Assembly: GCA_963702685.1 (NCBI GenBank)
Contig: CAVPDQ010000022.1
Span: 110,677-174,676 of the forward strand
Source: an uncultured Alphaproteobacteria bacterium
Lineage (GTDB): Bacteria; Pseudomonadota; Alphaproteobacteria; ATCC43930; CGMCC-115725
Direction of reading: 5' to 3'
DNA length: 64,000 nucleotides
In this document: piece after piece, positions 1 to 9,161 of the stretch
How the letters are laid out: each line of letters begins with the position of its first letter
Position numbering within the stretch: the first letter of the stretch is position 1
The notes under the pieces: generated by a model
What the model was told of the DNA's origin: nothing
Databases searched by the model: none
What the model saw: only the letters and a program-made list of their open reading frames with translations
Translations under genes and position numbers: made by a program

Positions 1-337
1 TGCGTACCAATTGGAAGACCGTTTGGCTCGAATCGCCGGCGCCGATCACTTGGCCTGTTACGGAATTATCGGTCGGGTCATCGTAGAGAAATGTCGAGAA
101 CGCGCCCTGGCAGGCGAGATAAAAGCCCGCGAGCGTGCGTAATTCGTTAAAGCCAGTCGTCTGGTCGTCACGCAGAAAGTCGAAAACCAGACTGAACTGC
201 CACAACGGGAACGGGTAATCGAGCGCGCGCAGCTCGCGGCCCGAGACCGCGCGCTGGATCCGGGTCTGGAATGTGGGCGCCTTGGTGACGCTCCACGCGA
301 GGCCCGGCAGTGCCGGAAAGACACCAATGTCCGCCAT
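1..337 (-). CDS. Phage tail protein, N-terminal fragment (distal/minor tail position), continues past window edge
   Basis: Minus-strand frame is open from ATG 337-335 to base 1: MADIGVFPALPGLAWSVTKAPTFQTRIQRAVSGRELRALDYPFPLWQF... Its start shares one base with the tape-measure stop (TGATG). It is absent from the ORF track because no stop lies in the window. Confidence 0.6.
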   Translation of the reverse strand, partial: MADIGVFPALPGLAWSVTKAPTFQTRIQRAVSGRELRALDYPFPLWQFSLVFDFLRDDQTTGFNELRTLAGFYLACQGAFSTFLYDDPTDNSVTGQVIGAGDSSQTVFQLVR

Positions 338-1794
338 CAGCCGGTTGCCCCGGCGTAAAGCGAGCCGCCGTTCCTGAGTGCCTTGTTTAGAGCGGCGACG
401 AGCACCGAGCCGTTGCTGGCAAACAATTTCGCGACGCTCGACGCATCGACCGCGCTGATGCCGATGTTGAAAGTATGGCCCGAGCCGCCGTTGGAGAGCA
501 TTGACTGCAAGCCCTGACTTATATTGGCGGGCAATACCATTTCGTTCGAATGCAATTGCGCCAGCGTCCCGCCTGGCCCGAGCGTCGGTACCGCCCATCC
601 GCCTTGCGCAGAGGGGACGATGCCGCCCTTGGAAAAAGCGAAGAGGGAACCCAGCCCGGCGAATAGATTGCCGAACAGTCCGCCGCTCGCGCTCGCCGCG
701 CCGATGCCGCCAAAGGCGTCGAAATCGCCTGACCCGCCGAGGAGACCGCCGGACAGGCCCTGGCCAAAAATATTGCCGAAAATACCGCTGAACAAACCGC
801 CGAAAAGACTGTTTCCGGCGCCCCCGCCGGTCGCGCCGCCGATGATCGAGCCAAACAGGCTTTTGACGCCGGCGCTGACAAATTCTCCGAGGATAGACTG
901 CGCCAGATTGGAGACCGCTTTTTGCACGGTCGTCGTGCCGAGGATGATGCCGGTGACGCTTTTGTCGATGGCGCTCTCGATCGGGGCCACGATGCTCTGC
1001 CACGCCCTTTGGCTGGCGCGCACGGCCTCGTCATCCAGCCTTTGCTTGTCGGTCAGGTATTTCTCGTATTCGAGAAGCTCCTGCTCGTTCAGCTTTTCTT
1101 GGGTTTTGGTGTCGCCCTCGGCAGCCGCCATTTTTTTCTGGAAATATTCCTGGTCGATCTCCCATTTCTGATCAGCCAGGCTCTTTTCCTGCGCGACCTC
1201 CTCGGATGCTGAGATTCGGCCAATCTCGGCCGCTCCCTCGATCGCAGCGCGCTGGCGTGCATAGCCCGCATCAGCTAGCTTTTGCTCGGTGCCGAGCGCG
1301 CTCAGCTGGTCCCGCTCGCGCTCCTCGGCGAGCTGTTTTTCGAGCTGGTAAATATTGTTTTCGACCGCGAGCTGTTCCCTCGATCCGGCATTGGTGAGCG
1401 CCAATTTGTCCTGCCAAAAGGCAAGCTCCTCGGACCGGCTGTCGCCAAAGAATTTCTGCTCTGCTGCGAGCTGCTGCTGCAATGCGGCGCGCCATTCTGC
1501 GACACGCGATACGGCAGCACCGGCGGCAGCCGATCCACCGGCTGCGGACATGGTGCCGCCAGCCGATCCAGCCAGCCCCGCGGACTTCGATTGCAACGAG
1601 CCCATCGTTGCCCCGATCTGGGCAGCCGCCGCCGCGATTTGCGAATGCACCTTGTCGGCGGCTGCGCCCAAGCTCGCAAATTGCGCACGCATCGCCGCGG
1701 TTGCAGTCTGGACCGCATTAGCGGCGGCCTCGATTCCCGACTGCAGCTCGTCGGTCTGGGCGCTGATGACGACACTGGTTCGAAGGTCAGCCAC
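337..1794 (-). CDS. Tail tape measure protein (short, 485 aa)
   Basis: Long Ala/Gln/Glu-rich coiled-coil region followed by a Gly-rich hydrophobic block (GGLFSGIFGNIFGQGLSGG...). It sits directly after the tail chaperone genes. Confidence 0.7.
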   Translation of the reverse strand: MADLRTSVVISAQTDELQSGIEAAANAVQTATAAMRAQFASLGAAADKVHSQIAAAAAQIGATMGSLQSKSAGLAGSAGGTMSAAGGSAAAGAAVSRVAEWRAALQQQLAAEQKFFGDSRSEELAFWQDKLALTNAGSREQLAVENNIYQLEKQLAEERERDQLSALGTEQKLADAGYARQRAAIEGAAEIGRISASEEVAQEKSLADQKWEIDQEYFQKKMAAAEGDTKTQEKLNEQELLEYEKYLTDKQRLDDEAVRASQRAWQSIVAPIESAIDKSVTGIILGTTTVQKAVSNLAQSILGEFVSAGVKSLFGSIIGGATGGGAGNSLFGGLFSGIFGNIFGQGLSGGLLGGSGDFDAFGGIGAASASGGLFGNLFAGLGSLFAFSKGGIVPSAQGGWAVPTLGPGGTLAQLHSNEMVLPANISQGLQSMLSNGGSGHTFNIGISAVDASSVAKLFASNGSVLVAALNKALRNGGSLYAGATG

Positions 1795-1815
1795 TCGACA
1801 GCCCTCTCAGATTTT

Positions 1816-2070
1816 TCAATTCGCCTGGCCCCGCAGCGCCGCGATGTCGAGCACTACCGCCGGCAATCCGGCACGAACGTCGCCGGCGCTGAAGCCCGGG
1901 CCGAGCTCGGCGAGCAGAGAGGCGGAGCGCTGGCCGGTCGGCGTCGCCCCGGGTGCCCGGCGGACTTTTGTGCGGGGATGGCGGATGCCGAGATACGCGG
2001 CGACGGCGATATGGAGCGGTGGGTGCTCGGCCCAATACTTGGTGAGCTCCTCGACCTCGAGGAGCGTCAT
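1816..2070 (-). CDS. Tail assembly chaperone T segment (probably expressed as a -1 frameshift G-T fusion)
   Basis: Lies in the -1 frame relative to the upstream chaperone ORF. That frame stays open at least 50 codons upstream of its first ATG and reads protein-like there (ETEWADIYGLLATACGYSYPVIDAMTLLEV). Confidence 0.5.
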   Translation of the reverse strand: MTLLEVEELTKYWAEHPPLHIAVAAYLGIRHPRTKVRRAPGATPTGQRSASLLAELGPGFSAGDVRAGLPAVVLDIAALRGQAN

Positions 2071-2078
2071 CGCGTCGA

Positions 2079-2456
2079 TTACGGGATAGCTGTAGCCGCA
2101 GGCGGTGGCGAGAAGGCCGTAGATGTCGGCCCATTCGGTCTCGTCACCGCCGGCTCTTCCCCCGGCGTGCCTGCTCCCGGCCTGAGGCCCGACCCGGTCA
2201 ATACAGCATTCAGCACCACACCGGCATTGCCGAGATCGAGCAATTGCGCCACACTTTCGGGAGCAGTGTCCGGATAGTTGCGCTGCACCGCGGCGGCGAC
2301 GATCTCGACCAAGATGTCGATCTGCTCCTCGCCCATCTCCGAGCCGATGGTGCTCAACTGGCGGACTTTGGGCATCAGCCGGCGCAGCTGGCCGAGGGTC
2401 AACGGCGGCACCGTCCAGTCCCTGCCGCCCATCTCGATGACGATACCGGGGATCAT
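2079..2456 (-). CDS. Tail assembly chaperone (gpG-like)
   Basis: Internal ATG at 2456 overlaps the tail tube stop (ATGA). About 125 aa, located between the tail tube and tape measure genes. Confidence 0.55.
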   Translation of the reverse strand: MIPGIVIEMGGRDWTVPPLTLGQLRRLMPKVRQLSTIGSEMGEEQIDILVEIVAAAVQRNYPDTAPESVAQLLDLGNAGVVLNAVLTGSGLRPGAGTPGEEPAVTRPNGPTSTAFSPPPAATAIP

Positions 2457-3208
2457 TCCACGGTGCTCAGAAATCCGATCGTGCCCGATGCATCGGCGAA
2501 CGCCATGAAATCGAGCTCGTGGATCGTCCAATCGTCGATCTTGGTCGGCAGCGACAGCTTGTTTGCGGTGCAGGCGTTGAGCCGAAGTGCCGTGCCCTTG
2601 CCGCTGTAGCTGGTGTAAAATGTTGCCTTGAAGGTCGGTGTCGTCCCCATCAGCTGGTTGGTGAGGGTCAGCTTGCTGCCGCTGGTCGCCAGATTATAGC
2701 TGTACGAGATCAGCAGCGCGGCATTGGCATCGGCCGCCGAAAATGTGTAGATACCGGTAGTGAAATTGACCGAGTACTGACCCGCCGAGCTCGGCGTCGT
2801 CACCCGGTTGAAGCGTTCGCCGGTCGCGGCGTAGGCGACACCGAGGTCGTCATTGTAGCTCGACGCATTGGCGACGGTGACGGTAAACGGGGTGGAAGCC
2901 GGGACGATCTGCGCCTCGTATTGCGCGACGGCGAATTGGCCGGTGGCGGCGCTGGTGCCGAAAAACAGGTCCGAGTACAGCAGACCCAATATTTGAGCAA
3001 ATTTCGCTTTGCCCGAAATCTTGCCCTGGCCGCGGGCGATCGCCACCGGAAATTGAAATTGGCCGTAGAGCTCCTTGTCGGTCCAATCGAAATCGACTTG
3101 GATATCCTGGAGCACACCAAACTGACGCGGGCCGACGCCCGAGCCGGTGACATCGGTGCGTTCGCCCCATACCGCGCCCGAGCCAAAGCTGAGCTGCATC
3201 TCAGTCAC
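2453..3208 (-). CDS. Major tail (tube) protein, positional call
   Basis: 251 aa, beta-rich, located immediately upstream of the chaperone pair and tape measure. Confidence 0.55.
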   Translation of the reverse strand: MTEMQLSFGSGAVWGERTDVTGSGVGPRQFGVLQDIQVDFDWTDKELYGQFQFPVAIARGQGKISGKAKFAQILGLLYSDLFFGTSAATGQFAVAQYEAQIVPASTPFTVTVANASSYNDDLGVAYAATGERFNRVTTPSSAGQYSVNFTTGIYTFSAADANAALLISYSYNLATSGSKLTLTNQLMGTTPTFKATFYTSYSGKGTALRLNACTANKLSLPTKIDDWTIHELDFMAFADASGTIGFLSTVE

Positions 3209-3404
3209 TCCTTTTTCCGAATCTGCCTTGGTCCCGTGCTAGGAGCCGTTTCAGGGTTTCCTTGGCGGCATGGGCTATATTCCAAGCTTCGGTGTCGCGC
3301 GCGACCGCCGAGCCTGGAAAATGATCTTCCCACCACCGCTCGATGAGCTTATCAACCGGTGACACGATCGGCGTGTCCGCAGCTGTCGCCTCGTCGTCGT
3401 CCAT
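3201..3404 (-). CDS. Hypothetical phage protein (67 aa)
   Basis: ORF in the operon frame with an 8-nt overlap onto the tail tube start. No recognisable motif. Confidence 0.4.
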   Translation of the reverse strand: MDDDEATAADTPIVSPVDKLIERWWEDHFPGSAVARDTEAWNIAHAAKETLKRLLARDQGRFGKRSD

Positions 3405-3426
3405 TGCTGCTATTGCCTCCGCGCTT

Positions 3427-3861
3427 TCAGACGCACAGGATCTCGACCGGCACGATTGCGATTGCCTGGTCGCCGAGAACGCCCTCGTCGGTCTCGATTT
3501 TGCCGGAGATGTAAGCGTGGCTGACCATTGTCGGCAGCCCGAGGTTCTGCACCCCGGTGGCGGGCGATGGCGCCAATGCTGCTTCGAGCGCGTCGAGCAG
3601 CGGGTTCAGCACGCTCGCCGGAGCCAGGTAAGGATCGCTCGAATGGACATAAACGTAGAAATCGGCATAGAGGGTCCAGACGATCGGCGCGCCCAGCGCT
3701 TTGACCGCAGCGTGCGCTCCCTTCTCGCTCATAAACAATGCCGGTTGCTCGGCCGGGGCCACGTCGGTCCAGTGGCGCAGGCGGCGGTTCGCGCTCGCAA
3801 AGCCCGCTGCGTTCGACCCGAGCTCCCAGAGTGCTGCGTAGATCGCCTCACGAACGATCAT
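3427..3861 (-). CDS. Head-tail joining / tail terminator-like protein (positional)
   Basis: 144 aa between the gp10-like protein and the tail tube. Its start forms an ATGA overlap with the upstream gene. Confidence 0.4.
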   Translation of the reverse strand: MIVREAIYAALWELGSNAAGFASANRRLRHWTDVAPAEQPALFMSEKGAHAAVKALGAPIVWTLYADFYVYVHSSDPYLAPASVLNPLLDALEAALAPSPATGVQNLGLPTMVSHAYISGKIETDEGVLGDQAIAIVPVEILCV

Positions 3862-4337
3862 GGCGACATCGCCCGGCGCACAGCCGCGTCTACCTCGGCG
3901 GCGATCTCGGGCGTCATGTCGTCGAGGGCCGAGCCGAGAAACGACCGGGCGGGCAAATTGAGGCGGCGTCGGTAAGCCCGCACATTGATGATTTTCTCGG
4001 CAATAGGGCGACCAAAGGCTTCCCTGATCCGCCGCAGGCTCGCCCTGACGCTGACCATTCCTTCGAACCCGAATTCCTGGGCGCGGGCGTAGCCAAGATC
4101 GGTCGAGACGGTGGCCGTCAACGTCGTCGATGCCGCTTCGAGGTCGAGATCGATGCTCGACCGCAACCTGCCGCTGCGGAGCTCGAGCGCTGGGCCGCTG
4201 AGCTTGTCCTGCACCCGGCTGCGGAGCTCGATGCCCAAATTGGCGATCGTCCGCGCGAGGCCGGACGTGACCGCGTCAGGGATCGCTTCGATCCGTGCCC
4301 GCGCCTGATCGGCGCCGACGACGAGCGCGCTGATCAC
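3858..4337 (-). CDS. HK97 gp10-family head-tail component
   Basis: 159 aa with the GYARAQEFGF motif typical of the gp10 family. ATGA overlaps on both sides. Confidence 0.65.
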   Translation of the reverse strand: MISALVVGADQARARIEAIPDAVTSGLARTIANLGIELRSRVQDKLSGPALELRSGRLRSSIDLDLEAASTTLTATVSTDLGYARAQEFGFEGMVSVRASLRRIREAFGRPIAEKIINVRAYRRRLNLPARSFLGSALDDMTPEIAAEVDAAVRRAMSP

Positions 4338-4966
4338 AGCGCACCAGCGATGGTGGCGGTGTCGGTGGCGGTCGGGGCCGGCATCGGCGGGTAAAAGGTG
4401 ACCGGAGCCACCGCGCGATATTGCTGCAGCATGGTCCTTATCGGATCGCTGATGTCCTTTTGCGAATAGGCCACGGTTTCCCCGCTGCCGAGCGCTCGCG
4501 AGACCTCGCCGATGCGAGAGCGGTCCCGGTAGCGCAGCGCGACAAGCTCGATGCAGGCTTGTGCGATTTCCGGCGGGACTGTTGAAAATCCGGCTCTATA
4601 GATCACAACGACGTTTTGCGGACGCTGCGTAAAACGGAAACCACGAACCGCCAATTGCGTCTGGCTGAACACATAGCCGGCGGTCCTGGTCGACATGCAG
4701 GGTGGGATCGCGATATCGTCGATCGTCAGCGAGACCACCGAGGAAACCGGAAAGCTCGCGAATTGCAGGCGATCGCCACCGGTGCCGTCGCGCACCTCCA
4801 TGTAGTCGGATTGGACGATGCGGCGGTTGAGCCAGCTCTCGATGAACTGGCTTGCCGCGGTGATCAGACGGGTCAAGAGCGCATCGTCTGTCACCGGAAA
4901 AGCGCTCTGACCCGTCTGCAACCACGCCTTGACGTCGGCGAGCGTAGTCAAGTCACCATAAGCCAC
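4334..4966 (-). CDS. gp6-like head-tail connector protein (double length, possibly fused with a head-closure domain)
   Basis: The N-terminus (DLTTLADVKAWLQ...DDALLTRLITAASQFIE) matches the gp6-like connector pattern. At 210 aa it is about twice the usual size. Confidence 0.55.
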   Translation of the reverse strand: MAYGDLTTLADVKAWLQTGQSAFPVTDDALLTRLITAASQFIESWLNRRIVQSDYMEVRDGTGGDRLQFASFPVSSVVSLTIDDIAIPPCMSTRTAGYVFSQTQLAVRGFRFTQRPQNVVVIYRAGFSTVPPEIAQACIELVALRYRDRSRIGEVSRALGSGETVAYSQKDISDPIRTMLQQYRAVAPVTFYPPMPAPTATDTATIAGAL

Positions 4967-4984
4967 GGCTGTTCCTTTACGGAT

Positions 4985-5356
4985 TTAACGTCGCGCACGC
5001 GCCTTGCTTGGCGCTGCGTCGGGCTCGACCTTGGGTTCGACTGGGACGAAGCCATGCGCTGCGAGCTCGGCAGCGGCTTCTGCCGGAACCAGCAGATCGC
5101 CGTTGGCTTCGCTCGTATATCGCCGCCCGCGATAGCTGCAGGCTGTGGCATCGTCGTGATGCACATAAACCGAACCGATTGCTCGCGGGCCCGAAGCAAC
5201 GTCAATCGCCCGGGCAAAACCGCCGTTGCGGGTGAGATAGGGTGCGGCCTCGGGCGGCACGCGCACGAGGCCGTCTCTATCGACGCAATAGCGCGCAGTG
5301 CCGTGATTGGCCTCGTCTTGGCCGAACATCGCCCGCAGCGCTATCATTTCCGGCAT
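4985..5356 (-). CDS. Hypothetical phage protein (123 aa)
   Basis: ORF between the capsid and connector genes. No recognisable motif. Confidence 0.45.
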   Translation of the reverse strand: MPEMIALRAMFGQDEANHGTARYCVDRDGLVRVPPEAAPYLTRNGGFARAIDVASGPRAIGSVYVHHDDATACSYRGRRYTSEANGDLLVPAEAAAELAAHGFVPVEPKVEPDAAPSKARARR

Positions 5357-5361
5357 TGAGG

Positions 5362-6861
5362 TCAGCCATTGCCGATGTTGGTGATGACACCCATCGCAAA
5401 CGGCGCGTAGACCGCAAGCACCTCTTCGGTGTAAACGCCGACCTGCCGCTGGCGGGTTACGATCGGCCAGTCGATCTGGTAGTAATCCTGCCGCGTCTTG
5501 ACCTCTGCTACGTTCGGCACCTCGTTCGATTGGTATTGAAGCGGCAAGTTCTCGGCCCAGCCGATGATCGTGCCCGGCGGTACGCGCGGATGAATTCGAA
5601 GCGGAATGCGCAAACCACCGTTCAGTGCGAACGGGTTGTAGTAATATTGCACTACGCCCGACGCTGTCACCTGATATTCTCCATCTTTACCATCGGCCGG
5701 CGAATCGTAGCGCAGCAACGGCCCGGACGAGTTTGACAGAACCTTGTTAGTGATGTTCTTCAATTCTTGAGAGTTGACGTAGAGAACCGTCGGAGACAGC
5801 TCGAAGTTGTTCCACATGTTCTGGAACATTGTGTCGATCTCGACGACCGAGCCGCGCCCCGAGCTTGTCAGGCTGGTGCCGGTGCCGGCGGTGCCGGTCG
5901 GCATGATGCTGACATAGGCGTTCGACCCCGGCTTGAGCGCAGTGGTCAAGAGGCCGTCGAAGGCAAAGCTCGGATTGGCCGAATTGTCGCCGGTGATCGC
6001 GGTTTGCGGTTGGTTTCCGACCGCGAGCGGCGCCGATATCGCGACGCTGTTGAGCGCCGTGATCTGCTGCAGCGTCTCGGTTCCGGTCGAGGTGGAGATG
6101 TACCAGGCATAGGCCACCGCACCCGGGATCGGTGCGACGCTGGAGAACAATGTCTGACCGAGGGTGACAGCCTGGCTCGCCTCGGGACTGATGCTCGACG
6201 AGCCGCCGGAGAGCGTAAAGTTTTTACCGTCGACCCCGGTGACCGTTTTGGTGGTGGCAACCCCGCTGGCAACGCTGGAGTTCTGGTATCCTTCGAGGGT
6301 CAGCGCCGCAACCTTGACGAAATAGGTTGCGGTCGGCAGCGTGCCGCCGGCGCCCGAAGCCGAAAGCGTCGGCGCCGAGGGCGGGCCGAGGATGAGCGAC
6401 GCGTTGCCGGCAAGGATCGCCATCTCTTCCTTCAGCATCATCTTTTGCAAGAGGCGAAACGTCATCCGGTCCTGGATGTCCTCGAACTGTCGGCCGGCCG
6501 AGATCGCTTCGAAGGTGGCCGCATCCTCTTCGCCGATGGTCACGAACGTCGCCGATTTGGTCGAGGTCGAATAGGACATCTGGCCCGAGCGCTGGCCTTC
6601 GGGGACCCACCCCATCGCATCGAAGCCGGAGCCGATGATCGCATTGACTTGGCGCCAATTGGTCGCGGTGCCGGTGCCGCCGCTGACCCGCGGCATCACG
6701 TTGCGGATCGGGGTGACAAAGGGATAGAGGTTCTTGGCCGGTGCCTGCAGGTCGAATGCCAAAAGGCCCGTCGCCGTCGAAATCGCTTTGGCCAGAGCCT
6801 GGTCCGGATGAGCCCGGGCCTGCCTGATCAGCGCCAGCGTTTCCTGAGTGATACCATTCAT
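5362..6861 (-). CDS. Major capsid protein (499 aa)
   Basis: Start moved to the internal ATG at 6861, which is preceded by GGGAGGA. It follows the protease-scaffold gene. Its size and Ala/Gly/Thr-rich composition fit a capsid protein carrying an insertion domain. Confidence 0.7.
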   Translation of the reverse strand: MNGITQETLALIRQARAHPDQALAKAISTATGLLAFDLQAPAKNLYPFVTPIRNVMPRVSGGTGTATNWRQVNAIIGSGFDAMGWVPEGQRSGQMSYSTSTKSATFVTIGEEDAATFEAISAGRQFEDIQDRMTFRLLQKMMLKEEMAILAGNASLILGPPSAPTLSASGAGGTLPTATYFVKVAALTLEGYQNSSVASGVATTKTVTGVDGKNFTLSGGSSSISPEASQAVTLGQTLFSSVAPIPGAVAYAWYISTSTGTETLQQITALNSVAISAPLAVGNQPQTAITGDNSANPSFAFDGLLTTALKPGSNAYVSIMPTGTAGTGTSLTSSGRGSVVEIDTMFQNMWNNFELSPTVLYVNSQELKNITNKVLSNSSGPLLRYDSPADGKDGEYQVTASGVVQYYYNPFALNGGLRIPLRIHPRVPPGTIIGWAENLPLQYQSNEVPNVAEVKTRQDYYQIDWPIVTRQRQVGVYTEEVLAVYAPFAMGVITNIGNG

Positions 6862-6885
6862 AGGGTGGTCCTCCCGAAAGGGGGG

Positions 6886-6911
6886 CAAAGAAAAACCCGC
6901 CTGAGGCGGGT
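6886..6911 (-). terminator. Intrinsic terminator-like hairpin between the scaffold/protease and capsid genes
   Basis: The minus strand reads ACCCGCC-TCA-GGCGGGT followed by TTTTCTTTG. Confidence 0.55.
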
Positions 6912-6976
6912 CTGAGTGTGGTTCCGAGGTGAAGCGAGCGATGCTTTGGAACCGTACGGTGCTGGATCGAGCTACA

Positions 6977-9115
6977 TCACCCGCCGCGCAATTCCTTTGC
7001 GCCGGCAAAGCCGGGGGGCGTGATGGGCCGCGCGCGACTGGCCTTGATCAGCGCCAATGTCTGTTCCTCGTTGCTCATTCGCGCGAAAGCGGCGGCCAGC
7101 TCTTCGTCGGAGAGCAATACATCGCCGCCGTTGTCTTGCTGTTTTGAAAGTGCGGCACCTTTGGCGATTGTCGCCGGCGGCAGCGGGGTTCGAGCGATGT
7201 CCTCGACCCGTTGCCGCAGCTGGTCGAGGCGCGGCATGATATCGGCCAGCGCTTTCATCAGCGCGGCCTTCTCGGTGCGTTCCTCGGCCAAAGCTTTTAT
7301 CAAATTTCCCGAGCGTGCGGTCTTGCCAGCCTCGAACCGCGTCCCCTGAGCCTCTTCCTCAGCGCCTCCGACAGCATCGCATTCGGCGCCGGCAGCGACC
7401 AGGTGGTCGTGCGCTGCGGTGAGATGGCCCATCGTCTCCCCGGAATGACGGGCACCCGCCTTGGTCGTTGCGCAGCACCCGCCATCGGTAAGCTTGGCGA
7501 CACAGTCATGCGCGACGTCCATCAACGCTTGGTGCCCGTTGCCACGTTTGCCGAGCGCTTCGGCGATCATGTCGAGAACCGATTTTGAGCTGTCGACCGT
7601 GGCGTTCTCGCCGGGATGGAATTCAGCGGCCGGCGGGTGCGGCATAGGCGGACGAACCTCGGGGCTGCCGGCCGTATCGACAGTCAATTCCTCGCTGGGT
7701 CCGGCGCCGGCGGCTTTTAAGGCGGTGGCGGCCGCGCTCATGTGCTCACGTTCGTGTGCCGTGAGCCCCGTCATCTTTACGCATCGGTCGGCGGCCTGAC
7801 AGGCAAGATCCAGCAGCGCCTGGTCGGTCTGCGAATGCTTTGCTCCGACCTTCGCCAGAGCCGGAGACTTGGCGAAAAGCGCATCGGCGAATTTCTGCAT
7901 TCTCGCTCCTTTACCTTTGCAAAGATCGGCGACGAGCGCTGCGCCGGATGCGCCCGCAGCCAAAAGCATCTCGATCGCGGCCGGCTCCATCGACTCGCCG
8001 ACGTCCTCCGCGTCGTCCAGGAGCTCGCTCGTCTCCTCGGCGACGAGTGCATTCAGGAAACCGCAGAGCTCGGTGACGATCTCACGCAACCGCAGCGGCT
8101 GCGGCGAGGCATCGCCTTCCATCGCCGCCTCGACCGTGAGCGTCTCGGCGAGCCAGTCGAGATCGAGAATAATCCCGGCAACACGGCCGACATCCGCCAG
8201 CGCCTTGCGCAGCAACGAGCTGGTCAATGCTTTTTGCGATTGGCCATCGCCATTTGCAGATGGCGGTCCGCTGCGATCGATTTCTTGCTTCCAGGCGGCG
8301 ATGATCTTGGCTTTGATCTGGCCGAGCTGCGCCGCCGTATAGCGCTTGGCGTTCGTCGGCCGGTTGATAAAGCTCCAAGCCGCACGGATGTGAGGCTGGG
8401 TATCGATCGGATAGCGCTTCTTGCCGTCCGATTGATAACCGGGGTCGGCATATTCGACCCTGCCATAAGGCTCGTCCCGATTTTTGCCCGCCGATGCGAC
8501 AACAGCTTCCTCGGCCGCGGTCAGCGACCTTTTTGCCGCAGCGATCAAGCCGGCTCCACTCGTCGCAGCGCCCTGCGCGGCCCATTCAAGGCATTTGAGC
8601 GCGTCGGCTTTCACCAAGTGCCGATGCTCCGGCACGCTGCAAGCCCAAATCTGCAAGGGCGGGTTGAACCGCGTTTCGAACATCGCAGCGCCTCCTGCGG
8701 CTTTCCAATAGTCGAACACGGCTTCCGGATTGGCGGGGCGGTCGACCAGCGAGATCTCGTCGAGGACGAGGCCGGTGACGGTTTTGTGGTCGGCCGGGTC
8801 GCGCCGGGTCACTCGGCCGCCGATCGAATATCCCTTGTAGACGCCCTCGACCACCTTGATCCAGGCTTGGTCATCGACGATCCGGGCGCCGACATAGAGA
8901 CCCTTGTCATCGACACCGGCCTCCTTGGCCACGCCGACTGCCGAAAGCTGGTGCATTTCACGGATGTTGGCGAATTTCATATAGTCGCCCAGCGCCGCGA
9001 CCAGCGCGTCGCGCTTTATGATCTCGCCTTGGTCGTCGCGCGCCTCGGTAGAGGCGTAGCCCCAGACTTCATGACGTTCGGCATCGACTTTGGCGATCGG
9101 AAAATAAAATTTCAT
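6977..9115 (-). CDS. Prohead protease fused to a long scaffold-like region (712 aa)
   Basis: The N-terminal ~145 aa match the prohead serine protease pattern (HEVWGYASTEARDDQGEII...EMHQ...LVDRPANPEA). The remainder is Ala/Glu-rich and helical. Confidence 0.8.
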   Translation of the reverse strand: MKFYFPIAKVDAERHEVWGYASTEARDDQGEIIKRDALVAALGDYMKFANIREMHQLSAVGVAKEAGVDDKGLYVGARIVDDQAWIKVVEGVYKGYSIGGRVTRRDPADHKTVTGLVLDEISLVDRPANPEAVFDYWKAAGGAAMFETRFNPPLQIWACSVPEHRHLVKADALKCLEWAAQGAATSGAGLIAAAKRSLTAAEEAVVASAGKNRDEPYGRVEYADPGYQSDGKKRYPIDTQPHIRAAWSFINRPTNAKRYTAAQLGQIKAKIIAAWKQEIDRSGPPSANGDGQSQKALTSSLLRKALADVGRVAGIILDLDWLAETLTVEAAMEGDASPQPLRLREIVTELCGFLNALVAEETSELLDDAEDVGESMEPAAIEMLLAAGASGAALVADLCKGKGARMQKFADALFAKSPALAKVGAKHSQTDQALLDLACQAADRCVKMTGLTAHEREHMSAAATALKAAGAGPSEELTVDTAGSPEVRPPMPHPPAAEFHPGENATVDSSKSVLDMIAEALGKRGNGHQALMDVAHDCVAKLTDGGCCATTKAGARHSGETMGHLTAAHDHLVAAGAECDAVGGAEEEAQGTRFEAGKTARSGNLIKALAEERTEKAALMKALADIMPRLDQLRQRVEDIARTPLPPATIAKGAALSKQQDNGGDVLLSDEELAAAFARMSNEEQTLALIKASRARPITPPGFAGAKELRGG

Positions 9116-9161
9116 GTTTGGACTTCCGATGGGTTGCCCGGTGGGGTAGCAGCGACGGCGA

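Noticed and set aside
58-327. Tracked 89-aa minus-strand ORF at the left edge
   Set aside because: Its Arg/Ser-rich composition is typical of an off-frame reading. A different minus frame, starting at ATG 337 and open to base 1, gives a convincing phage tail protein N-terminus.
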